Position numbers and translations under genes: made by a program. From the NCBI RefSeq assembly GCF_001949145.1, contig NW_019091356.1:2946713-3010712 (forward strand): a stretch of 64,000 nucleotides of DNA, in the 5' to 3' direction. The first letter of the stretch is position 1; the number at the start of each line of letters is the position of its first letter. The stretch comes from Acanthaster planci (lineage: Eukaryota). This document shows, in pieces, positions 35,563 to 50,438 of the stretch. The notes beneath the pieces were generated by a model. That model worked only from the letters and a program-made list of their open reading frames with translations, did not search any database and was not told where the DNA came from.

Positions 35563-36279
35563 GGTGGAACCAATGGGCGGAAGTGAACTTCTCTAGTTCG
35601 CGAACGACTGTGAAATGCGTGCGTTACGTATACGATCATTGGTACTAGTCTGGATATTAGACACAATGATTCTGGCTACTCTAAGAATCAAGGGTCCGGT
35701 ATCACCCAATGCCCACATGACCAAGACGGAGGAATTCCTCCAGTTTTCCGGAAATAACCGAAATATTTCGTCTGTATTTGGCATGTTTGGATGGTACTGT
35801 TGATGTTTGGCAATACCCGGCCGGGTAGCGTAATTTTTTTTCTTGGAAGATCAAGGGTAATTATAAAATGGGTGTATCTTAACCGTTGCGCATGCGTTTG
35901 TCATCTTGGAAGGTTTGGGGGCAATAAGGCTGTTTACCAATAGTCAACTTCGGCTCCGTCTCAGGCTTCAACTGTTTTTTTTTCTACCTGACTTTGTAGT
36001 AAGCACACTAATTAGTTTAATAGTGCAAAAAAAACATCAAATAAGATGCAAGAGAGCAAAAACTTATACGCTTATAGACGGTGGTGTTTTCCACTCGTTT
36101 TTCCTCCGTTTTTTCCTTGAGTCTAATCCCAGCTAACCTAGTCCAACTTCAGCGAAATATCAAATTGGGTCAATTACATGTAATTCATCTTAACTTTGAT
36201 GTCCTGCGACTAACTCTTTTTTATAAAAAAAAGGTGAAGCTAATGAAAACGCTGTCAATCCTTTGCAGCAGGGACAAGG

Positions 36280-36463
36280 AAACCGCGTGCCGCCGGCACA
36301 CGCGCCAGGCCTGGCCTCGGCAATGCACGTGCTTAAACTTGTTTATGAATATCCATAGCCTTATTCTAATTATGTTTGCGCACGCGCAGCGTCACTGGCA
36401 TGTAAAGCTTGTTTTTTACGCTACCGCGGGAAATGGACGGATGAGTATCGTGTGCGGGTGAGT
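36280..36463 (+). promoter_or_regulatory. Probable promoter and non-coding first exon of an unidentified plus-strand gene
   Basis: CpG-rich patch, NRF1-like TGCGCACGCGCA (36377-36388), strong donor CGG|GTGAGT at 36457/36458, then an AGGCCT cluster like that in intron 1 of SAFB-A. Confidence 0.5.
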
Positions 36464-39400
36464 GAAATTTAATTCATGAAATTTGAATGACTGACATTGA
36501 ATTCGTCCGGTAGCTTTATATGGGATGATGACCAGACTTACCGTAGGTCACTTTAGTTGTTATAATGTTTGTTGACCTGGTGTTTGTAACTTGTAAAATG
36601 GATTGCAAGTCACAGATCAAACATGTCAGAAGATTGAAGAAGCCGCTTGTTGCGTGCAGAGCAATCTTTACGCAGTACTGTGTGGTGCTGTTCATGTTAT
36701 GTACACGTACATGTAGGCATCGTGAACTTGTAGGCGTGATGTACTGTACATGAACATGTACATGTAGGCCTAGGCCTACAAAGCATGTACGTGTACATTT
36801 ACAGTACACGATGTACAATTTACATGTAGGCCTACGAAGTCGAGCCTTTGTACATGTACAGTGTACATGTACGTGTAGGCCTAATTGGTACATGTAATAC
36901 TACTAATAATATTGACATTGTGCTGTTTTATTTCCTTAGCCTTGCTCTGTTCTAACAAATATAACGGTGCTGTTGGTGTAAAACTGGTACTTAGTGGTAC
37001 CAGACTCAACAGGCAACAATACTAGTCCATGTTTGTTCTTAAAATTTGGGAAAAGTTGCATAGGCCGTAGAACCCTAAGTCTCCTCCGATAAAATTTTCA
37101 CACCCAGCTTGATTTTCCTCTCAGAAAGTACATCCCTGTTGATATGCACACACACTGCAACAATTTCAGTTTTATGTACAGGATGTAGACCCTACTGTTT
37201 GATTCCTAGAATATCTTTGACTTGATTAAGTTGATACCATATCAGTCTGTAGTGTTAGCTCCCTGCTAACGTCATAAAGATAACATCTTGCATGTATTAG
37301 CATAATTTGTGTCACATTTTGTCAAAGGTCATAAACATGGCAAATCATAAAAAAGTCGACTGACACATGTATTCAGTATATTGTAGTTTTCATATAAGGT
37401 TTGTCTCCACAATTAGAACCATTGTCACACTTTTACCCTGTCAGTTTAATTTGGATGTTAAATTAGTGGAATACAAAGATACATTTAAAGTTTTTCCCTG
37501 CTTATTTTTTTTTCAATCTTAGTGAGGTAAATCTCAATGTTATTTTTAATTTGCCTTAATTAGGTCTATGATTCATGCCATGGACTGACCTGAAAATAGG
37601 TCAAACTAGCCCTTTACCCCGATGCCATTGGTCTCCCAACTTCCACTGAGCAGTACCTACATGTATGGGTCATTGCAACCAAAACATATCAAAGAAAAAA
37701 TAGTAATGTGGATTTACTGCAGATATGGAGGAAATTAGTTACCCATGTTAACCTATCTTTAATATGGATGTTGCACAACGTTATGTACATGTATTAAGTG
37801 AGTAACTTAAGTAGGTTTATAGCCCTCAAGTTACTTGCAGACAGGAATTATTTGTACATGTACACATCTCATGGGCTTACATGGAGCACTTGTTATGGAC
37901 ACCTTTGTTGTCACCTTGAGTTGAAAACCATCTGGCCTTTTTTACTCCAAATTTCACATACCAGTAGAGCAGTCTGCTCTCCCTTGTGAGTGCACATGAC
38001 TTTATGATAGTAGGGGCTGTCTGCCTGTACATGTAGGTACATGTACAGCACTGTGGACTGTGCATTGACTTACATTTGAATCTCAGACTCAAGGTCTCTC
38101 GTTGTTCAATGTGGGTAGACTGCTGATGAACCAATCATGAGGCTCCTTGTGCTAAGGTGATACACGGTATTCAGTGACCGAAGAGTGGCAAATTTCTAAC
38201 CGATCCACTTGCAGGAACACTGAATACTAGTCTACATTACCATTTATGTGATGTGTCACTCTGTTCAATACTTTGTTTACAGTACGTTGTACAAACCACA
38301 AAGTGACTGCCATTGGGTTTTCCAATTCTTGGTAGGGGGAGGGAGGGTTCAAAATTAAACCTCACTTGGAATTCATACCCATGTACCCTGTTAACCATGT
38401 ATCTAGGGGAACATTCTTGTAGTTATTGTACATGTAGAAAAAAATTCATTAATTTATATCGTTGGGATTTTACACTTGAAAATGAGTTCTTGCAATTGAG
38501 GCCCCCTTTTTCGAAAAGGAAATCAAAGTCAAGCCTTTTTAACTGCCCGGTTTGAATTAAATCCTATCCAAATTTATTTTGACTGACGGTTGTACAAATA
38601 GACAAATGGACAAGGACCCTTCTATTGTGAAGACAACTTTTGGGAACAGACGTTACATTTATCAGTGTTCTCCCAGCTCACATTTTAAATTTGATGGGGA
38701 CTGATATTGAAATGGGGGATTGGGGTGGGTGGGGCAAAGCCTTAGGAGGGGTTAAAGACCCACTTTAGGACTTCCCCCTTTGTAAAGTTCAGATCCTGTT
38801 CATTCAAATCTAAGAGGAAAATGTGTAAAATTGAAAGCAAAATTTTACACATTCATAAACGGCCTTTTTCTTCAAGATGTTGTGTAAGGTGATATTTATT
38901 CAATGATGTAAATGTAGTGGCATTGTTTAATCATGTGGATGAGATGAGTAAACATTGATGGGCTGCTAGGCTACTTACTAGGTTGGAGGATACCTAACAA
39001 GTGAAAGGTAGCATTCATGGAACAATGTACAAAGAAAGGACCACGGTTCAACAATATTGAGTCGGGGTTTAAAAGATAGAGTGTTGCTGCGGTTTCCAGC
39101 AAAGTTCCTAAAAGTCCCAAAGTAGATAAAGAAGAAAAAAGTTGCAAGAATACATGTATGTGACCTTCAGAGAGAAACGTTGCAGTCGGATGGAGGTTCA
39201 GAAAACATCACAAGACTGGAGGCAACGGCTCAGCTGCTTCCGATGCAGTCATTAGGGAGACTTCCTGTTCCCCAGTCGGGGAGGGGGGAGGGAGAGAGAG
39301 TGTTGTTATGTTCAACTTCAGGCCGGAGTCCACTGCATTCTCACGAGATTGGCGATGATGTCGACCTGTTGAGTAACCTCTCGCTGAGCCGTGTTGCAAA

Positions 39401-42400
39401 AAATAGACCTTGGTTCTGTTTTGTATGCATCTGTGGCTGGGCCTGTGCATCACTACCCCTGTGATAGCATCAAGAAGGTGATCTGTCACATACATGTACA
39501 TACATGTGTGTGTGTGTTCACTTGTAATAGTCACAGTGAAAAAGATTCAGGGTTTTCTCCCTAGATGTGAACCATCTGTTGTTTTTTTTTGGGGGGGGGG
39601 AGTAAACTGCTACGATTTTTCAGTCTAATCCAAACTCAGTTTCTAGGCCAATGGAAGTCAGCCCTTCAGGAGTCCCTGGAATAACTGAATATTGTTAAGT
39701 TATAGTACGTACATGTACATATGCCAAAAGATAGAATACCATGTTCAACAAAATTGTATTTGTCGGGCATACCTGTACCTTAGAATATATAGAGAGGTCT
39801 GTGTATGTACATGTACGTGTTCATTTGTCTTCACATTACCTACATGTACACATATGCCTCATTATGAATACGTTCGCACGTGTTCTGCATGATAGCGTAG
39901 AAGGTACATACGTACATGTACATATGATGTCATTATCAATGCTTTTATGGATCCTGGACAGAACTTGCACGTGTATGTACGTGTGTAATGGACAGAATTT
40001 CAGAGCAAATCATGTACAGGTAGCCGTCAGGCCACATTGGGAACAGCACAGACTGCATGCCTTCAGATCTGTGCACAGTCTCCCCCAAATTGGCAGTGTT
40101 CAGATTTCTTCCGCGCCGCCTCTTCAGTTGAGTTCAGTCACTCTGTGCCTCTGTACTGCACAAACTCACAGCAAGGATAGGATGTTTTCTTGAAAGCTGA
40201 CAGAATAACCAAATCACGTGGTTTGTTTGGCTTCCCGGCTGCCTACATATGGTCAAGCACCCATGCTTCAAGGTCAGTCTTTTATTCTTCTTTCATTGAT
40301 ATTCTAAAGGCAGTTTTGGCTTTTACTGTAGAGTACGTGTATATCCGCTACAGCCAGTAGAATAGGAAAGAAATGTGCCAAGGTCTGTTTTTCTGCCATT
40401 CACATGTATCCAGCATTGTGCTGGTGGTTTTTGGCAAAGTCTTGTGGTGGATAGTTATTGGCTGACTGGGGCTTCTTCTCTGGCGTCGTCACGCCTTAAC
40501 ACAAGTTCATTTACATGAACTGTGCACCCTGTGTGTTTTGTGTGTAGGGTCTTTCACCGATTTTTGTGATGTAAAGAATAAGATGGCAATTGGGCCGTCA
40601 GTTGAATTGACTGTTTCAGATCCGTGCAAAGTGGGCACATTTTTTTGGGGGAAAATTAACTAAGGTCTTCACTTTTCAACTCCTTGGACGAATGGACATT
40701 GGAGTGCACTGTACATGTACGTGCAAAGTACATGTACACATGTGTGGTCAAAGGTGATTGTACATACGTAAAGTATGGTACATGTACATCTACATGTGTG
40801 GGATTTCCTCTTTGCCTTCTGAGAGCTTGACTCACGTTATTGCAGTAAATGAGTCATCAGCTTAGCTCATCCATAACTCAATCAGAACAGTTTCACACTT
40901 TGTAATTATTAACAGCACCAAGTGCTCCATTTAAAATCTGGTTCCGAATGGTGGTTCACTGACAAATACTTTTCCTGGGATACAATTTTGAGGTACCAGT
41001 ACTTGACCAAAAGTCTTTTAAATTTTAACCGTGATGTGCAGTTTAGCCCTGTGCATTTAACAGGTACAGTACATGTACTGTACATGTAATACGCGAGCCT
41101 GTACATAATCATGTACATCTGTACATGTACGAATTACCCGGTAGAACAATACATGTAAGTACATGTACATGTAGATGACTCATTTTCAAATAGGGTTTAA
41201 AAACTGATGTAATCACCTTCACTTAATGAAATGGTGAATTGGTTTTATGTTCTAAAAGATAAGAACGCTTTATACAGCATTGCTGGCCAATCTTAAGTTG
41301 TGAACATCTTCAGTTGGTACAATGTACCGGTACATGTACAGTGAACTTGGCTGTAGCGCCACTGTGTCGGTGTTCATGTACGTGTCATGTACATGTGTAC
41401 CAGCAACTTGTACAGTTTGTGACTTTTGATAGGGAGGGCTTGGATTTGATTCGTTTGCACAGTGTGATATGCAACACACACATGTACATGTACAATGTAC
41501 TTGTAATATGCCTGTCCCTTGAGCTGCTCGCTCTGTGCCTGATACAGGCTACCAGGGAGATGACCCACTGGGGTCAGGGAAAGAGAATTGTCATCAGCTG
41601 GCTGGTACTGCGTTTGCTTTGGCTGCCAAGTCAGATGAGGTGATATTGTAAAGTGCCTGCAATGTGCATGCACCCTGGTACATTGTACATTCATACTGTA
41701 CATGGCAGGAAATTGTTCATGGCACTGCATGTAAGCATAGATCTACATCATGTACATACATGTACCACTACATGCACAGTACATGTACAACGTACCTGAT
41801 AAATTACATGCACTTTGAATATGTAACATTCCTTTTTACTTGTAATGAAGCTTAGAATGAAGTTTCCCTTGGCCATTTTAAACATAAAGCCCCCTGCAAA
41901 AAATTAAATTAATGAGTGGGACATAGTCACATAGATTTCTAGGAGAAAATGCACAATAAAACAGTGCTCACCAGAAGAGCGTCGGAGCTTGGTGTGGGAC
42001 TGGTGATTTGAATACAGAGAATTGCCAGTCCCACAGCAAGCCCAGTCGGGCCGATAATGCAACATTTGATTTGTAAGCATAGAGGCCCCCTTTTATTTAT
42101 ATTTTCTCCATTCTCATCATGAGTGCTGCGCAGTCGTGTTTTGATCGTGTGATACTTGTACCGGTATGCACATGTACTAGGTAGATTTCTGATATTGTGA
42201 CAACAACAGGAATCTTTTGTTTCAAATATGTGTGATTTGAAATGTTTCTCTTAAAAAAGCATTTATGAACATTTTTACTTTTTTTAACAAGAATGGGCCA
42301 ATGGGGGGGCTTCGTCAAATTTGCATGTGTTCTTTGTTGGCCTATGAAAAGAGTCACAACACCGTGACAAGTGGGGATACTCCCTGAAGTTGTATTGTTG

Positions 42401-42733
42401 TCATGCATGGATGGTTGACCTTCCTGAAAACAAATCGGACCTTAATTGCACAGATAACTTTGCACGCAAAGGATATCTGGATTTAACCTGAAATGGTTGT
42501 CTGCCAGATGGTTACACATCTCCAAGTTGGCTCACTTTTTTGTGGCAACCAACTAGTGTGTGTCTTTCTAAGGAAATTCCTTCAAGTTGAGACAGCACGC
42601 TTTCTGAGGAAGTCGTGGGACTCTGAAAACATGAAAAGAGAATTTCCTAATGTCAAATGGTACAAACAATTTGTCATGAAAAGCCAGAAGACAATAAGCC
42701 TACAGCATCAGCCTGCCCAGTGCAAGTGAAGTC

Positions 42734-43650
42734 CAGGCTTTGATCTTTACAGTGGCCACCAGCAGCCACTGCCGCAATGCCCTAGTGAATAGCTGTGATG
42801 CCCTTTAAAAGTAGCACGCAGGTTTCGGCCACTTGGCCGACGTGCCCCTTTTCAGTGATCAGTAGGCCTATTTGAAAGTTCTATTGAACTCTCAAGTTAC
42901 AAGTTACCGTTTAGTGCTAGCATTTCTGTCAATGGCAGGCCGCACCGAACACTATTTATTCACGGACTGGTTATGAATCGCCCAGTAGACAACGTGTTAT
43001 AGCAACCATATCAAGATTGTTGAGTTGTGTGAAACTAAAAATGTGGCACCAGACTAATTTTATACATAGACTGGTCACAGGTTGCAGCATAGAAGTACAC
43101 ATTCTACACCGATTGGATTTCTGTACATTGCACATATTAAGACCGAGTCACTAATATTTTGGGATTGTAGACGGGAGTACGACCCAGTCTATTTTTCCTC
43201 GCTATTTCACTGGTATTTACGTGGGCACGACGGCGGGCTTAAATTGGATAAATGTTTGTGACCCAGTGACCGACTTGCGTGATTTGAATTGTTTGTTCGT
43301 AATTACATGTACATTGATTTTTGAAAAACAGACAGTGTTGGCTTTATGGCATCATGAAAAATAATAAGAGTCAACACCAAATGGTAAATTAAAAGTTGGT
43401 ACAGTATTATTTATTTTCATTTTTATCATTCAAGCAGTGCCACTGCTTAGCATGTAAACAGAAACAATGAAAAATTGTAGGCTGAAAGTTCAACACTATG
43501 TTGAAATTGAAGGAAAGTCTATTAAAGTCACCAACAAGTAAAAGTTCAAAAATGGCCTTGGTGCCCTTTCAGTTGGCCTTGGTGCCCTTTGGTTTTGGGA
43601 ATCTTCAAGGCCAAGTGCCCTTGATCCTCTGAAGCTTAAGGTTGAAGCCT
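42734..43650. mobile_element. Non-autonomous hAT-like DNA element
   Basis: Ends CAGGCTTTGATCTT and AAGGTTGAAGCCT. TGAAGTC directly flanks both ends. Subterminal GGCC...TGCCCT repeats. Confidence 0.5.
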
Positions 43651-46600
43651 TGAAGTCAAATTGAATTCTCCAAATATGTCAATGGGGCATTTTTCTATAC
43701 ACTATGTGTATGTGTACAGGTGCATGGACATACATGTTCGTACATGTACCTGCATTTTGATGGTGTTGTCGAAAGCAAGTTTTGCCATAAAATTTTTTTA
43801 CCACACATTACCGTACATGATTTTAATATGCACAAAACAGGATCTCGCTGAAACTTTGAAATCAACGTCGTTTTAAACTTGATTTGATTCATAATTCTGC
43901 CTGTTGTCTGTTTCTTACTACCAGGTAGGAATATTTTTCAATAGTCTTTAGTTAACAAGGTCTGCATACCTTGTTATTGTAAGTAGGAAAGGTAGAGGCT
44001 TGGGAATTCTAAGTCAAATGGGTTGTGGAATCTTGTTTTACATGTGTACAATGTAAATGAACTTATGTGTAGTTGTAGTCTGTTTATTTTTTAGCAAGCT
44101 GCTAATTAGCTATATGTGAAGTGATATAGTGTAAATGTCTGTGAAGTTGATTCTTTTTTATATTCTCTGAAAAAGGAAGATTTGTACACGTGTGCAAATC
44201 TGAATGGGGCAAATGTTTGTCCCATTTCCTAAGTCACGTGCTGCACCTCGGGCATGGTTGGTGTCCCTACACAGGCTGGCTTCTGTACATGTATGTAATT
44301 CACATAAATCTTTCCGGAATGCCAGAAGACCTTTTGGGTCACAGCGTTACATGCACACACGGGCAGGGAAAAGTACAACCGCGAGCCAGCCATAATCGTT
44401 CGAACATATTTTTGTTTGTATTGCACATGCACCATGCATGCCGCTGAGCATATTTGCACTAATGCACTGGTGAGTTACACATGGTACTCTGTGTACACAC
44501 GTACATGTCCAGCGGCTCTTCCAGAATTTATACGCTTAGCCCCCTCCCCCAAGTTATCTGCCCTTGTGATATTTCAAGTCATTAAATTGTCCATGTCAAA
44601 ATTATTTACCCTCCACAAGTACTTTGGTCTAATCGCATTGGAGGTCAATGTCTAATTTGCTGAAAGCACCAGCTGCCGTGATACATGTACTGGGCAAACC
44701 TGCCTTCTTTGAACATGTGAAGACATGTTTGTTTGGGGGAATTATGAATGGCCGGGGATGGCTCATGCGTAGTGATGCATGTGAACGTACGGTATGGTAC
44801 ATGTACATGTACGTGTGGTCTGAGGTTTTGCTTATTCTCTCCCACTCTCGTTCTGTCTTTGCCTTGTTTGCGATGGATTTGGCACGCTGCCAGGGGTCGC
44901 TTTTTGGGCCGGCTTGTTAGGGAAGGCTTTTTACCGCATTCATTAGGGATGATCTTGACATGGGCTACCACGGTGGCCGCGTGCCGTTATGACACCGTGT
45001 TGTGTCAGTGAAGTGGATGAGCGTGGTGTATACTATCACAAGCGGCTTGGCGGGTCTCTTGCGGTCAGAGAGATCTTTGGAAAAGCTTAATACATGTCCC
45101 GTGTACATGTAAATTCAATTTTCCAACATATAATGTAATTTGCAGATGCGGTTCAGAGCACGTGAATGAGTAGGCAGGCAGGCAGGAATTTTCAGTTTTC
45201 ACTTTGTGACTCTGTTGCACAAAGTAGTTAAGTGTTTAAATCTGAAAGACTATGAAAATGAACCAAAGGGAAAAAAAGCACAAAGATGGGGAGAGCAATG
45301 CCCTGTAGTTTCATGCACTGGCAGATATTTGTTCTACAATTTTCTGAATAGATAACTTACATGTACCTGAAAAAGCCATGTCACCATGACAACTTGTAGA
45401 CAGGAAGTTTGAATTTGAATTGCAGATGTTTTCGAACAGTACATGTACATCATCAAATAGTGGGAAAATTTTATATATTTTTTTCTATGTGCGTTTTGCT
45501 TAGTTGGTCATCAGGTATGAATGGATTCTCAGAAGAATACCTGCTGATTTGTTTGTACATGTACCGGTATGTACCAGGTTGTACATGTAGCTTCACTTTT
45601 CATTGTGTGTGGTTGGTAAATTCCGACTCATAACTAAAGGAATTGGAAATCTTACTAATGCCGAGACATGTACAGTACATTTATTAAAGGAAAATCTTTC
45701 ATGAATCTTAAGTGGGTCAATCGTTACTCCTTTCTGCTGTTTTGTAGATGACATTATGGATCGCTTGCAATTAAAGATGATACCTCACAATATCTTACTT
45801 ACCAGTACGTATTGCAGCAAAATGAGGTTAGTTTTGCTCAGTTGATGGAAATCTGTGAAGTTAGGGGAAAAGAGAATAAAGGATTGTACGGTTGATTTTT
45901 TACACCCCGGAAAACTCGGTGGAAAAAGAAAAATCCCCAATAAAAAGCAAAGGCTGTAATGTTCAATCTTTTGTTAGAAATTACATGTACATGTATAAGT
46001 GATGCCAATAGTTTGTTGTCGACAATATTGTATCCCCCATAGTGTCAGTAGAAATTATAATATCCCCCATCTCTAGATGAAGTGGACAACTTTGTTCTAC
46101 AAAGGGTTTGTTTGTGATGTATCCACAGATCCCCTCAAGTCGCTTGTTTTTAAAAAACTCTACCAGATCAACCCTGACCCCTGCATGTAGACATTTCATG
46201 TGCTTTGCATGTACCAGTATGTAAACTACGTGTATGCAAAGCACATTGGTCTGAATAGGCTCTCGCGAAGCACCATCATGGCAGAAGGCATTCAGTGCCT
46301 CATCTTGTCAGTTGAAGTGCACCAACTGTGCCAGGTGACACTCTGCATTTGTGGAGGCTTGTTTTGGCCAAATCACTCCACAGTCCCGAGTGTCATGGCA
46401 ATACTTGACCTCTACATGCCGTGTGTATTTTGTAGACCAGCTTACACATTCTTAGTTGTACAATACCTGCATAATTTTTTTTTTCACGGGAATGTCAGTT
46501 TGAAGGTTAGTGATCCCGTTTGTTGATTGAAAATCCAGATTGAATATTTCTGTTCCTTCAGTCTCTGTGAATGTATGTTTGAATAGCTTTCCATGCTACC

Positions 46601-49600
46601 AGTGCCAGACTGTGTTGGCACTTTTGTCACCAGGTGAAAGCCACATCTGCCCCTCCATTCATGTGGTGTTGTGATAGTAACTGTTTATCAGCACAATCCC
46701 CCATGACCTGCTTAGGTCACTGGTGTGACCCTGTCAGGTCACAGAGTGGCAGAGCAGAGAAGAGAGAGGACACCTTACCCTTGAACATGGTTGGGATTTA
46801 GCTGTCCCCCTAGGCTCAGTGTATGTTCATGTACAGGTGCATACAGGTACATGTACATACAGGTTAATTTTTCCATAACTCTTGGCAATTTGGTGTTATA
46901 TTTAACACCACTGATGCATTGGTTCCCTAAACTTGCAATAGGCAAGTTTCCCCTCAAGTGTGCAAAAGAAGAGTTTTTTTACATCTTTTTCCCACACTTC
47001 CAGTGGTTCAAATAGATGGTATTAAAATGGAAAATTGAAATGCATGTACATGTATTTATGAACCATGCTGATACTAGTCCTGCCGAATTTTTGTAATGGA
47101 CGTGTAAATATATTTCATTCAGGCCAGGATGCCAACCAGTCTTTCCTCCGACTTAATGAGTTTCCTCTTTCCTAAAAGAGTGCTCAATTTACTCTTTCAA
47201 CCAAAATTTGAGTGTCAGGGAAAAAAAGTGTTTTAATCACCGGCGGGCCACAGCGTTTCCCTAATTTGGGATAATCTGAACTGTTTTCAGTTTGTCTGCA
47301 CTGTACACATGCAAAACCCATACTTAGGTGAGAGGCCCTTTAACTATAAAAATGGCATGAGCCTTGGCTACAAGTCTTCTTTTCCAATGAAAACAGTGCT
47401 TTGTCTCTCCAATGTACACAGCAATGTCGTGACATACATGTAGCGGTATAGTGTGTAATGCACTAACAGTGCTACGTGCAGCTCTGTTACTGTGTTTCAT
47501 TGATGATACACTATACATGTACTTGTACATACATGTACATTGTACATGTCAGGAGTACACGCAGTGGTTAATGTGAGCTGTACTGTATGTAACTGTCCTT
47601 ACCCTCTGGCCACCTGGGTAATCCCACAGGTTTGTGTTGAACCACAAACCACAAGCTGTAGTTGATAGCCATCGCCTCTGTGGTGGCCCTGGGGGTTATT
47701 TATCAATGAGGGGTTTCTCACTGCCCACAGCAGCTAAACTGTGAAGAGTGCCATATATCTGACATGGATTCCCTCAACCTGTCAAATTGCCAGGCTGGGA
47801 CAAGTGAGTGTGTTTTTATTTGTCCCAGAATGCCAACACAGATGTAAATGTAGTGGAAACATACTCTGTAGACTGTAGTGGTACTGACAGGTTACTGTAG
47901 CATGCCCTGGTATTGTACATGTATAAAAAAAAATGTGTACACATGCTCATCTGCTGCATACTTGGTTTCATTCAAATTACACATGTGCGTACACATGTAT
48001 ACTATATTCAAACTTATACAGAGCCCTGTCCTTACAACCAGAACAAGCAGTGCTGTTTTGACAAGTGTCTGCAAATGTGTTTAGAAATATTGAAATTGAA
48101 AAAGGGAATTATGCACAGAATCATAGTTTGGAGTAAGTTAACATCAGATTTTGTCTTGTTTTTTTTAAGTTTAGGAAAAATATACAAAGTTGTTGTATAT
48201 CTGTAAGATATCCTTAGAATAATTGGAAAGTTGTCTTCAGATGTTGGGCTGAGGTAATTACTCCTGGGTATTCGTAAACTTTAAATTCGTGTATAATTCA
48301 CAAGCACAAACCTCACTTATCCTTGAGTTTCATCCTAATTGAATAAATTCATTTGAATCAACTGAGATACACGTATTAAAATTGTAATTGGTGTGAGGAA
48401 TATTAAATTAAAATGTAGAGGAATAAAGACTGTAATATCCGCACTAACATTTTTAGCAGCTGCTGCACTGAATTGTGCTTGTAGATGTATGTGAAATTAA
48501 TTTTCAGCACTTGCAATTGAACCAGAGCTATAATTGATACATGTGCTTACAGGTACAGTACATTATGACATGTGCATTGTTACATTGTACATTGTTCTGT
48601 AAAAATCATTTCCCGCTTTTTCCACTGGTGTGAATATCTGAATGAAAATTTTTTCATGTTTTGTGAAATAAAAATGAATACCCTGTGAAGAGAAAGGTGT
48701 GAGAGTTTCCCATTCGCAGGTAAACTTCTAACGAGCCAGTTTGGTATTCCAACAGTGCATGCTGCCATGCTCAGTACGAGGTTATTCGGGAACAGCTACA
48801 TGTACGTGTGATCATGATAGTTTGACCTACATGTACAAACAGCACATCCATATGCTGGCTCATGCATGTGCTTTGTTCCCGAAAGACCCTGGCTTTTGAA
48901 ATACCGAACTGGTTCAATTGCAGTACATGTACTCTACATGTACATGTATACCAGATATTTCAACAACAACAAAAAAAAGGATAGTACGCATGAATATCCA
49001 TAAATGCATGCTTTTAAATGATTTACATGTATGAACTGCTTTGGGCTGAGTACCATGTCTGCTTGGGCAGAATTTCAAGGGAAATTTTTTTCATAAACTG
49101 TGTTTATCCACTCTTTTGAGTATACATGTACATGTGGGTGCATATTGTTGACCAACCTATGCAACCTGTCTTTCCATAGTGTGTACACGTAACAAGATGC
49201 TTCAACTTTCTTGATAGAAAAACCAGTGCGTTAATTTGGTCTTTGCCATGGCATGAAAAATTGGCTGTCAAGCATGGGCAACACTTGCAGCAGTGTTGAG
49301 CTCCTGCAATGCCATATACCGATACGTAGGTGGGGAATAAGTGGATGCATGTACATGTACTAAGTTGCTCGTGCCATGGCGACCGTGAACTTTCAGCACT
49401 TGTTCAAAGTGCACCCAGGGCAGGTTTTGGCCAGTTGCTGAATCCTTTGCAGTATTGACACTGATAAAAAGACAGGGCTCCCCCTCTGTCAGTCACTCTT
49501 GTTGCATTTCCAAACTTTGGCTCAAGTCCTGAGCAGCCGGCAAGAAAATATTGTATTTGGCACTGCATGAAAAAGTATGTGGTTCGCAAAACAATGTGTG

Positions 49601-49996
49601 CTTTGCTAAAGATTGGGCTATTGTTTGAAACGTGCCAGCTGGAGCCCTTAAGCGACATGGGAAGGGGCACGAATATGCTGGCAGTTGCTGGAGAAGAAGC
49701 AGGTGGTATTTCTGCGTCGAACTCTCCTCCCCCCCATGCCATCCAGACTGCAGGTGTGGTCATGCGCAGATGATTTTAGATTTACAGTATTCCTTTATTT
49801 ACTTCTTCACGTTCATCACCTACATGGCTCTGCTGATTTGGTTTTTTTTTTTGGTTTCCTCTATCAAGAACCTTTTTTTGGGGGGGGAAAATAATTAGGT
49901 ATCAATTTGCTTTTGCAACGTACTGTTACTTTATGTACATGGAATGTACAGAAAAAAGTGTGCCGGTAAGTTGTTTACGCGTTTTGTGCAGAACAG

Positions 49997-50438
49997 ATGT
50001 TTAACCCTAACCCCCTAGGCTCTTGCACTAGAAAGCATACTGAACCTCACCAAATCCAACAGGTTCATGTACTTGTCTATGTACTTGTACATGCAGGTTA
50101 CTGTACCAAACCTGATAAACTCCAACAGAATGAGCCCGTTGGAGTTTGAGTGATATGGTATGGATGGGTCTATGCAGTATAGGATGACTTGCACTGAACA
50201 GTACCAAACCTGATAAAATCAAGCATAGTCCAACAATTGGTACAGCAAGCCAGACCCTGCACACAGTGACCAGTGTGTGTCCCAACTCACACAGAATCCA
50301 ACACCATCTCCCTGGGCCTTTCATCCCAAGTCTCACAAAATTCAACTAAGAAGTTCCTCAGGTACGGTACCAAACCTGCCAAAACCTCACAAAACCTGCT
50401 GTTGGAGTATGGCAGGTTGGGGGAGTTAGGGTTAACAT
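49997..50438. repeat. Element bounded by inverted TTAACCCTAAC/GTTAGGGTTAA motifs
   Basis: atgtttaaccctaacccc at left and gggagttagggttaacat at right. Internal repeats of gtaccaaacctg. Confidence 0.5.

Noticed and set aside
39180..39534. GC-richer patch with ORFs of about 100 aa on both strands
   Set aside because: No recognisable motif or consistent splice boundaries.
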